From a bacterium sp. HQB-39 (GTDB lineage: Bacteria; Pseudomonadota; Gammaproteobacteria; Enterobacterales; Vibrionaceae), in NCBI GenBank assembly GCA_043422575.1, contig JBHOHG010000010.1, positions 105,919 through 129,918 of the forward strand: DNA of 24,000 nucleotides, read 5' to 3'. The translations under genes were made by a program, and so were the position numbers. Below are positions 5,867 to 12,988 of the stretch, in pieces; the stretch's first letter is position 1; each line of letters opens with the position of its first letter. The notes beneath the pieces are model-generated. The model did not search any database. It was not told the DNA's origin and saw nothing but the letters and a program-made list of their open reading frames with translations.

Positions 5867-7471
5867 TTATTTTACTTGCGGAACATCACTCCATTTCAAT
5901 CCAAATTTGGTCAGGTACTTTTGCAAGCGGCTGGTGTCATTGTGAGCGGACTTTTGTGTCCGAGAATACTGGAATAATTCGCGACCTGTTGCGGCCATGG
6001 AGTCATGTTGACTGGCGACATTCAGTACATAATTGAGCTGGTGGGCATCAAAATTATCTAACTGATCTAGCTGTTCATCATCGAAAACCGACTTTAAATG
6101 CTCCATTGAGTGTGTGCTTGGCTCATCACACTGCCAAGAAGCCTTTAAGCGAAGGATCTCTTGGTCTACATCCTGTAAAGTAATCCTAGAAGAGTCGGCA
6201 AGGGTACACATACGAGTGATCGCTGAACTTAAATCGCGAAAGTTTCCTGTCCAGAGTGCTGATGGGGATGAGGAAAAAGTAAGGAAACGCTGTTTTGCTT
6301 CCTTATTAAATTGAATTCGTCGTTCAGTTTTCTGTGTGTATTGATCAAGTTCAAAATCGATGTTGGCCGGAATATCTTCTTTTCGTTCTTTTAACGCTGG
6401 TAATTTATATGTCCATAAATTAATTCTGGCTAACAGATCGCCTCTGAAGTTACCCAATTGAACTTCGCGTTTTAAATCTCGGTTGGTTCCTGCGATCAAC
6501 TGAAAGTCACTGCTGACAGCGGTATCGCTTCCGACTGGATGGAAGGATTTACTTTCAATTGCGTGCAGTAACATCGCTTGTTCTTCTAGTCCTAGTTCAC
6601 CAATCTCATCTAAAAACAGTACACCCTGATTGGCAGTCAGTAAAAAGCCATCTCTCGACTTCAATGCCCCTGTGAACGCGCCTTTGGTGTGCCCGAAGAG
6701 CGCAGCCATTGCATTTTCCCCTTTCAAAGTGGCGCAGTTGACAGACACCAAGCTTCCCGAGACCATGCTGCGCTTTTTTTTGAGCTGGTAGATCCGAGTT
6801 GCTAGCTGGCTTTTACCGGCACCGGTTGGGCCGGTCAGTAGCATAGGGTCACGAGAGCGGATCGCGACCTTTTCTAATTGGGTGATCAGTTGGTTGAAAT
6901 GACGATTTTTGGTCGCGATGCCATTTTTAAGAAAAGTGGTGCCCTCTGAGTGTTCCTTGTCAAATCGTGTTGCAAGCTGATCATATTTTGATAAATCGAG
7001 ATCGATGATCTGAACGGTGCCGATTGAGCGGTTTTCTTGATGGCTATCGGGCGATGTTTGAATTAACCGCCCTGGAAAATGGCGACTTTCAGTCAATAGA
7101 TAAGCGCAGATCTGTACCACGTGTGTCCCGGTTGTAATGTGAAACAAGTAATCATTCTGCTCGGTATCGAAATGTTGCTGCTTACACCAATCAAATAATT
7201 TGGCATACACCTCCTCAAAATCCCATGGATTGTCAAAGTCAATGGGGTGACGAACCACTTCGGTTTCAGGGGATATTGTTTCGATATCGACAGCAATGTT
7301 ATGGGCGAGTCGCCCCGATGGATGACCATGGAGCAAATGCATGGTATCAATTTGCAAGTCTTCTTGACTGCACAAGCCAACATTAGGTCGCCATCTATCC
7401 CAACGCTTTTTCCCTCGCCCGACACGATCCAGTTGTGTTCCCAGTAAACTCACGACAATCGTTGATTTCAT
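5867..7471 (-). CDS. rtcR: RtcR, a sigma54-dependent transcriptional activator with an N-terminal CARF-type sensor domain
   Basis: The N-terminus MKSTIVVSLLGTQLDRVGRGKKRWDRWRPNVGLC resembles E. coli RtcR. AAA+ Walker A LLTGPTGAGKSQLA and the GAFTGA motif (TKGAFTGAL) are present. The gene is divergent from rtcBA. Confidence 0.93.
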   Translation of the reverse strand: MKSTIVVSLLGTQLDRVGRGKKRWDRWRPNVGLCSQEDLQIDTMHLLHGHPSGRLAHNIAVDIETISPETEVVRHPIDFDNPWDFEEVYAKLFDWCKQQHFDTEQNDYLFHITTGTHVVQICAYLLTESRHFPGRLIQTSPDSHQENRSIGTVQIIDLDLSKYDQLATRFDKEHSEGTTFLKNGIATKNRHFNQLITQLEKVAIRSRDPMLLTGPTGAGKSQLATRIYQLKKKRSMVSGSLVSVNCATLKGENAMAALFGHTKGAFTGALKSRDGFLLTANQGVLFLDEIGELGLEEQAMLLHAIESKSFHPVGSDTAVSSDFQLIAGTNRDLKREVQLGNFRGDLLARINLWTYKLPALKERKEDIPANIDFELDQYTQKTERRIQFNKEAKQRFLTFSSSPSALWTGNFRDLSSAITRMCTLADSSRITLQDVDQEILRLKASWQCDEPSTHSMEHLKSVFDDEQLDQLDNFDAHQLNYVLNVASQHDSMAATGRELFQYSRTQKSAHNDTSRLQKYLTKFGLKWSDVPQVK

Positions 7472-7620
7472 GTTGTATCCATATAGATAGTTTGACTATC
7501 CATATGTATATCTTTTTATGAATTGAAAATAAACCATCCAGATAAATAAAATGATTAAAATTTAATTTAAGTGTTAAATATCAATTGTTTATGCTTTGTT
7601 TTGGTGTTGTTTTTTATAAC

Positions 7621-7636
7621 TGGCACAAGGATTGTA
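7621..7636 (+). promoter_or_regulatory. Candidate sigma54 (-24/-12) promoter of the rtcBA operon
   Basis: TGGCAC-AAGGA-TTGT matches TGGCAC-N5-TTGC, except that the -12 element is GT rather than GC. It is correctly oriented and placed between rtcR and rtcB. Confidence 0.55.
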
Positions 7637-7774
7637 ATAGAGGAAGGGTCAAGTGATGTTAGCGGTGATTCTGAATGTCACGTTGGTGCACTGAGCTATG
7701 CAGATGTGTATGCCTTCACTTGTCACGCCAATCCATAGAGGGAAGGAAACTTCAAGGGTGCAAATCCCTAATTT

Positions 7775-7845
7775 GGCACCGAAACTCAATGGTAGAGCAC
7801 TGAAAATCAACTTCAGTTGTTGTGGGTTCGAATCCCACCAAAAAA
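7775..7845 (+). ncRNA. tRNA-like element in the rtcBA leader (D-arm, anticodon-like arm and T-arm, but no acceptor stem); possibly a Y-RNA/YrlA-like module
   Basis: D-arm-like CTCAATGGTAGAG at 7785-7797. Hairpin CTGAA-AATCAAC-TTCAG at 7800-7816. Canonical T-arm GTGGG-TTCGAAT-CCCAC at 7822-7838. The flanking 7-mers GGCACCG and CAAAAAA cannot pair. A second T-arm-like hairpin, AGGG-TGCAAAT-CCCT, lies at 7755-7769. Confidence 0.5.
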
Positions 7846-7967
7846 CATGGATAAATGAAAAACAAAGGTTATATAGCGAGCCAAGCCAAGGTTCAATAAA
7901 CCTCAACCCTGAACAGTAATCAGCGAGCAGTAAAAGTGAATCGCTGAAAAGTTAACGATGGCTAGGG

Positions 7968-8013
7968 GTGTCGTGAGAGGAACAATAATGATCAACTCAA
8001 CCTCTCACGACAC
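7968..8013 (+). promoter_or_regulatory. Perfect 13-bp stem / 20-nt loop hairpin immediately upstream of the rtcB RBS
   Basis: GTGTCGTGAGAGG (7968-7980) pairs with CCTCTCACGACAC (8001-8013). There is no T-run, and the rtcB RBS AAGGAAAG follows about 10 nt later. Confidence 0.6.
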
Positions 8014-8033
8014 GCCAATTTAAGGAAAGAAAG

Positions 8034-9257
8034 ATGTGTCAGAAATTTAATTTAATTGAAAACCCAGGCAACACACCGATCAAAGCATGGACGCAAGGTG
8101 TGCCATTTGAAAACAAAGCACAAGAGCAGGTGAAAAACATCGCCAAGATGCCATTTATTCACTCACACGTCGCTATTATGCCCGATGTTCATTTAGGTAA
8201 AGGAGCCACAATCGGCAGTGTGATCCCATCGGTCAATGCGGTGATCCCAGCCGCTGTCGGGGTAGATATAGGTTGTGGTATGGTCGCGACCAAAACCTCA
8301 TTAAGTGCGAGTCAGTTGCCAGATAATTTATCCGCCATCCGTTCCGCGTTTGAAGCCGCTATTCCACATGGGCGTAGCAGCTCTAGAGCCAAAGTCGATC
8401 GTGGTTCATGGGGAAACATCCCTGAATTGGTCGCGGGTGAATGGCAAAAGCTAGAACAGCGTTTCAAGCGTATTTGCGAGAAACACCCCGCGATTGCCAA
8501 GTCAAATCATGTTGTCCATTTAGGTACTATGGGTACGGGTAATCACTTCTTGGAGCTCTGTCTGGATGAGAATGATGCTGTCTGGATCATGCTGCATTCA
8601 GGGAGTCGTGGTGTCGGTAACCGGATTGGGACCTATTTTATTTCGTTGGCAAGAAAAGAGATGGAGCGTCATCAACGTCAGTTGCCAGACCTTGATCTTG
8701 CCTACCTTGAAGAGGGCAGCGACTACTTTGACGACTACGTAGAGGCAGTAGAGTGGGCACAAGATTTTGCCGCGAAAAACCGTGAAATCATGATGTTTAA
8801 TGCGATTAAGGCTCTGCGTGAACAAATGCCTGTAGAGTTCACAACCATGGATGTCGCTGTGAACTGCCATCACAACTATATCTCCCGAGAAAAGCATTTT
8901 GGAAAAGAGTGCTACGTGACTCGAAAAGGTGCCGTGAGAGCTGAGAAAGGGGAACTCGGGATCATTCCGGGTAGCATGGGAGCGCGTTCCTTTATTGTTC
9001 GAGGCTTAGGCAATCCTGAAAGCTTCAACAGTTGCAGTCACGGTGCTGGTCGAGTTATGTCACGAACACAGGCGAAGAAAGTGTTTAACGTGAAAGATCA
9101 AGAAGCAGCGACGCAAGGGGTTGAGTGTCGAAAAGACCAAGGGGTTATTGACGAGATCCCCCATGCCTATAAAGACATTGAAAAAGTCATGGAGGCTCAA
9201 AGTGATTTGGTCGAAGTGGTGCACACCCTAAAGCAAGTGGTCTGTGTGAAAGGCTAG
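8034..9257 (+). CDS. rtcB: RNA-splicing ligase RtcB (3'-phosphate/5'-hydroxyl RNA ligase)
   Basis: RtcB hallmarks are present: IMPDVHLGKG, VGVDIGCGM, GTGNHFLE, HSGSRGVGN, NCHHNY, GSMG and SCSHGAGR. A good RBS precedes the start. Confidence 0.95.
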   Translation: MCQKFNLIENPGNTPIKAWTQGVPFENKAQEQVKNIAKMPFIHSHVAIMPDVHLGKGATIGSVIPSVNAVIPAAVGVDIGCGMVATKTSLSASQLPDNLSAIRSAFEAAIPHGRSSSRAKVDRGSWGNIPELVAGEWQKLEQRFKRICEKHPAIAKSNHVVHLGTMGTGNHFLELCLDENDAVWIMLHSGSRGVGNRIGTYFISLARKEMERHQRQLPDLDLAYLEEGSDYFDDYVEAVEWAQDFAAKNREIMMFNAIKALREQMPVEFTTMDVAVNCHHNYISREKHFGKECYVTRKGAVRAEKGELGIIPGSMGARSFIVRGLGNPESFNSCSHGAGRVMSRTQAKKVFNVKDQEAATQGVECRKDQGVIDEIPHAYKDIEKVMEAQSDLVEVVHTLKQVVCVKG

Positions 9258-9317
9258 GTTCCGTAAGCCGAGCCGGCTCTTAAAACGGCACTCTGAAGTT
9301 AATAAGAAAGGGAAAAT

Positions 9318-10487
9318 ATGATCACCATAGATGGCTCATTGGGAGAAGGTGGAGGGCAGATCCTTAGGACGTCGTTGACTCTGGCGATGCTGACCCAACA
9401 GTCGATAGAAATCGTTAATATTCGAGCTGGGCGTAAAAAGCCCGGTTTACTTCGCCAACATTTAACTTGTGTATTAGCAGCTCAGGCGATTTGCCAAGCC
9501 GAAGTACAAGGCGCGGAACTGGGTTCGCAGCATGTGGTGTTTCGTCCTCAAGCGGTAAGAGCGGGAGAATATCGTTTTGCCATCTCGGGCGCTGGCAGTA
9601 CCGCTTTGGTTTGCCAAACCGTGTTTCCGGCACTGGCGGTGGCTGAGGGGGAGTCGATGGTGACCTTCATCGGGGGGACACATAATGGTTTATCACCCTC
9701 TGTGGATTTCTTGCAAAAATCGTATTTCCCGATTTGGCATGAAATGGGTGTCGTGACGGCAATGACGATGCAAAAAATTGGCTTTAATCCGGCTGGAGGA
9801 GGGGAGTGGCAACTTAGGATCACACCAGCACAGACGCTAAAGGCTTTCAATTATACAGAGCGAAAGGCTTTTGATTACACAGAACAAAAGGCTTTCGAAC
9901 TCACGGGGAAAAAGGAGTGTGATCTCGGAGCTTTACAGCTCAAAACAGGCCCTACTCTATGGCAAGACAAAGTTCAAATTAATGTATTAATCAGCGGTAT
10001 TGAGCACAAAGTGGCGCAAAGAGAGGTCGCTGAGGCGATACGATATTGTCGCCTTGATGCGCACACCATTAATAACAACGTGGTAATTAAAGGGGTCAAC
10101 AGTGCGTGCGCAGGCAATAGCTTCCAAATGAGTTACTTACTCGACCACAACCATGCCGTATTCGAAATGGTCGGTGAAGTACGTGTATCTGCTGAAAAAG
10201 TGGCGCGAAGAGCGGCTGGGCGATTTAACAAGTGGGTAAACAGCGGAGCGGCAGTGGAAGAGTACTTGGCGGATCAACTCTTGATTCCGATGTGGATGGC
10301 AGGAGAAGGGCGTTTTTCCACCACCCAACCTAGCCTTCATTGCCAAACGAATATGCAAGTGATTAAAGCCATTACTGGCTGCGAGTTTTATGTCACGCCA
10401 ATCGGAGTGGATAAGCAACAGTGGTTGGTAAGAATTAAGGGAGAGAAGGGTGAAGCAAGCAGTCATAAACCCAAGAGTGATACCTGA
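9318..10487 (+). CDS. rtcA: RNA 3'-terminal phosphate cyclase RtcA, with an internal repeat-containing insertion
   Basis: The N-terminus IDGSLGEGGGQILRTSLTLAML is typical of RtcA. The protein is 389 aa, compared with about 338 aa for E. coli RtcA from memory. It lies downstream of rtcB. Confidence 0.93.
   Translation: MITIDGSLGEGGGQILRTSLTLAMLTQQSIEIVNIRAGRKKPGLLRQHLTCVLAAQAICQAEVQGAELGSQHVVFRPQAVRAGEYRFAISGAGSTALVCQTVFPALAVAEGESMVTFIGGTHNGLSPSVDFLQKSYFPIWHEMGVVTAMTMQKIGFNPAGGGEWQLRITPAQTLKAFNYTERKAFDYTEQKAFELTGKKECDLGALQLKTGPTLWQDKVQINVLISGIEHKVAQREVAEAIRYCRLDAHTINNNVVIKGVNSACAGNSFQMSYLLDHNHAVFEMVGEVRVSAEKVARRAAGRFNKWVNSGAAVEEYLADQLLIPMWMAGEGRFSTTQPSLHCQTNMQVIKAITGCEFYVTPIGVDKQQWLVRIKGEKGEASSHKPKSDT
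9840..9911 (+). repeat. In-frame 24-nt tandem repeat x3 inside rtcA (KAFNYTER / KAFDYTEQ / KAFELTGK)
   Basis: Units at 9840-9863, 9864-9887 and 9888-9911, read directly. The units are imperfect copies. Confidence 0.9.
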
Positions 10488-11283
10488 TTCAGTCAGATCA
10501 GAAATTTTACGACGTATTTCTGCCGCTGAACAAGAACATAATGTGAAGGTACTGTTTGCGATCGAATCCGGCAGCCGAGCGTGGGGATTTGAAAGCGCTA
10601 ACAGTGATTTCGATGTGCGTTTCGTCTATATCCATGAAAAAGACTGGTATCTCACTATTGATGTCGAAGAAAAACGTGATGTGATTGAATATCCGATCAC
10701 AGATGAAATCGACATCAATGGCTGGGAATTACGTAAGGCATTAAAATTATTTCGAAAATCGAACCCAGCCATCCTTGAGTGGATTCAATCACCGATTGTG
10801 TATCGCGATGATGGCTTGACGATGACAAGCTTGAGAGACCTCATTAGCTTAGTGGCTGATCCGCGAAAGGCGGGGTATCATTATTTTCATATGGCCCGCA
10901 ACAATTTTCGAGAATACCTGAAAAAAGAACAGGTACCACTGAAGAAATATTTTTATGTGTTGCGCCCTTTATTAGCCATTCGGTGGTTAGAAGCCCATCA
11001 ATCGCAGCCTCCGATTGAATTCGACACCTTATGCGAACTCATCGTTGATCAAGTTGATTTAAAAGATGCCATCGATGAGCTGTTGGTACGTAAGCGTGCA
11101 GCAACAGAAAAAGAAATGATATACAGCGTGCCTGTGATCAATGACTTTATTGCTTCTGAGTTAGCGCGTAACGGCGACAGTGATGATTTGCAGTTCATAA
11201 AATTACTCATGAAACGCGCACAACACGATCACACGCCGCGACTCAATCACGTCTTTCAACAATGCTTGGAAAACGAAATTTGA
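10450..11283 (+). CDS. Pol-beta-superfamily nucleotidyltransferase (RlaP-like, RNA-ligase-associated)
   Basis: Motif ESGSRAWGFESANSDFDVRFVY, i.e. the GS...D.D minimal NTase signature. GTG start at 10450 follows GGAGAGAAGG and overlaps the rtcA 3' end by 38 nt. From memory this matches the PF10127-type family linked to RtcB. Confidence 0.85.
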   Translation: MKQAVINPRVIPDSVRSEILRRISAAEQEHNVKVLFAIESGSRAWGFESANSDFDVRFVYIHEKDWYLTIDVEEKRDVIEYPITDEIDINGWELRKALKLFRKSNPAILEWIQSPIVYRDDGLTMTSLRDLISLVADPRKAGYHYFHMARNNFREYLKKEQVPLKKYFYVLRPLLAIRWLEAHQSQPPIEFDTLCELIVDQVDLKDAIDELLVRKRAATEKEMIYSVPVINDFIASELARNGDSDDLQFIKLLMKRAQHDHTPRLNHVFQQCLENEI

Positions 11284-11467
11284 GGGAATCTTTGTCTCAC
11301 AGACCATACGGTTTACTCTATTTTTAACGCCTCGGCGTATACCTAGATGTTTGGCCGTTAGTGTCACGTAGATCGAGGTTATGGGTTCTTGAAATGAACC
11401 ACTTGCACTGTATACGTTGATGCTAATGGCTTTATCCCGTAACCGATAAAACATCAAGGTATTGCCG

Positions 11468-11647
11468 ATGAAGTTACAAGCAGAAGATTACTCTAGAATT
11501 ATTGAAATGGCGTGGGAGGACCGCACGCCTTTCGAAGCTATCCGTCATCAGTTTGGCCTCACAGAGCCGGATGTGATTAACATGATGCGCGGAGAGCTGA
11601 AGCCGTCTAGCTTCAGGCTGTGGCGAGCCAGAGTCAGTGGGCGTTAG
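11468..11647 (+). CDS. DUF2805/TIGR03643-like small protein, terminated early by an in-frame TAG
   Basis: MKLQAEDYSRIIEMAWEDRTPFEAIRHQFGL...FRLWRARVSGR* matches my recollection of this family. The frame stays open after the TAG (11645-11647) for 23 more codons (TKHGQLRHPDINRGYCPTQYKPR*), ending at 11719. Confidence 0.6.
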   Translation: MKLQAEDYSRIIEMAWEDRTPFEAIRHQFGLTEPDVINMMRGELKPSSFRLWRARVSGR

Positions 11648-11700
11648 ACCAAGCATGGTCAATTGCGACATCCTGATATCAATCGTGGCTACTGTCCCAC

Positions 11701-12585
11701 TCAATATAAACCTAGGTAACATGCTGGGCACTCCTCGGGTGACAGTGTGTGTTCTCCTCGCCGATTGGCAACATGTTCCTGTCCGGCTTGGATGCCCATT
11801 TTGTACCCTGTTTGTAGTAATTGCGACTTACGAGTGAGACGCTTAACCGGAAATGTTTCTGGTGGCGCAATAACACGTATGGTCGCATCCTTTGGTGGGT
11901 TTCTGATAAAAGCTAATGCTTCATTGTAACGCTTTGCTCTTGTTTTCAGAGTTGCGGCCACTTTAGGGTTTCCATTAAGCAATCGCTTCACCAACCAGTG
12001 ATGTTGAGACTCCGGCATTGAGTAGCTCAATGGGTGAGAAAGAATCACTGTGATTTCTCTTGCCCCTCTTCTGTAGGCTTCTTTAACGGGAATCGAGTCG
12101 GCAACAGCGCCATCAGTAAAACAACCGCCAGAAAAGCAAGGAGTATGTTTGTAAGCGATGGGCAGAGCCGTCGTTGCCTCTATCACTTCTTGCATATTCT
12201 CTTGCGTGACTCGGAAATAATGAGCTAAGCCAGATTCGATATCTGTCGTTGCTGCATAGAACGGGATAGAGCCAAACAACCTTTCTAAATCGATAGGATA
12301 GCGTTCTAGAGACGTTTCACTGAGCCATTTCACGTCAGTCAAGTTTCCTCCCTTCGCAAAACGAACCGGATTAAAGAAGTCTTTGGAAGTGGCGAGCTGG
12401 GTAATGACGTGATAGCTGCGCTGTGGTGCATTGGCAAGGTAGCCCAGTAGATTGGACGCGCCAGCTGATACGCCAATTGCAAAATCGAAAGGCACATACT
12501 GCCGCGCTAAAAACGCATCTAATACGCCAGCAGCGAAAATCCCGCGCATTGCTCCACCTTCAACGACTAATGCCTTCATCATTTT
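11701..12585 (-). CDS. Patatin-like phospholipase
   Basis: Oxyanion motif VVEGGAMRGIFAAGVLD and nucleophile elbow GVSAGA (GxSxG). An Asp-Gly-type motif occurs later (FTDGAVAD). The start is chosen at the MMKAL methionine. Confidence 0.88.
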   Translation of the reverse strand, partial: KMMKALVVEGGAMRGIFAAGVLDAFLARQYVPFDFAIGVSAGASNLLGYLANAPQRSYHVITQLATSKDFFNPVRFAKGGNLTDVKWLSETSLERYPIDLERLFGSIPFYAATTDIESGLAHYFRVTQENMQEVIEATTALPIAYKHTPCFSGGCFTDGAVADSIPVKEAYRRGAREITVILSHPLSYSMPESQHHWLVKRLLNGNPKVAATLKTRAKRYNEALAFIRNPPKDATIRVIAPPETFPVKRLTRKSQLLQTGYKMGIQAGQEHVANRRGEHTLSPEECPACYLGLY

Positions 12586-12988
12586 TACCTTTTTCAACAG
12601 TTGATTAGGCCAAAGCATACGCTTTCAAATTAAGTGAAGAAAATCAGTTGTTTTTATCAATTCAATAGACAATACCTATCAGACAGACATTATTGTGACG
12701 ATGGTCAACAGTTATCGAGTAGTGGAGAATGTTACAAAATGTGAGGTTAAGTTTCTAAAAACGAACGAATATCAAAGTTATTTTCTACCGATTAATAATA
12801 AATGCATCAATCCTCATTTTGACGTGATTTTGCCCGCATAGCGCGTCAAATTTTTATAGTTTGACAGATAAAGTCATCAAGAGTTGCTAACTTATTTCTA
12901 GATAATTATTTATCTACTTTTGGTCATTTTATATGACGTTTTGACGTGTGATTTTGAGAGATATAAACACATACTGAAAGGGAAAATT

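Noticed and set aside
7774-7790. A second TGGCAC hexamer as an additional sigma54 promoter.
   Set aside because: The sequence 5 nt downstream is CTCA, with no TTGC-like -12 element. The hexamer also lies inside the tRNA-like region.
7775-7845. A genuine tRNA gene, possibly an opal suppressor, because the loop AAUCAAC would present UCA.
   Set aside because: No acceptor stem can form: GGCACCG cannot pair with CAAAAAA. The D-stem has only 3 bp. Position 33 is A instead of the near-universal U. There is no CCA or discriminator context. It is better described as a tRNA-like module.
11701-12585. The patatin-like phospholipase as a CBASS or other defence effector.
   Set aside because: There is no cyclase/NTase of CD-NTase type, no sensor and no other partner gene adjacent. 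It sits alone between unrelated genes. The nearby NTase is rtc-linked, on the other strand context, and separated by another gene.
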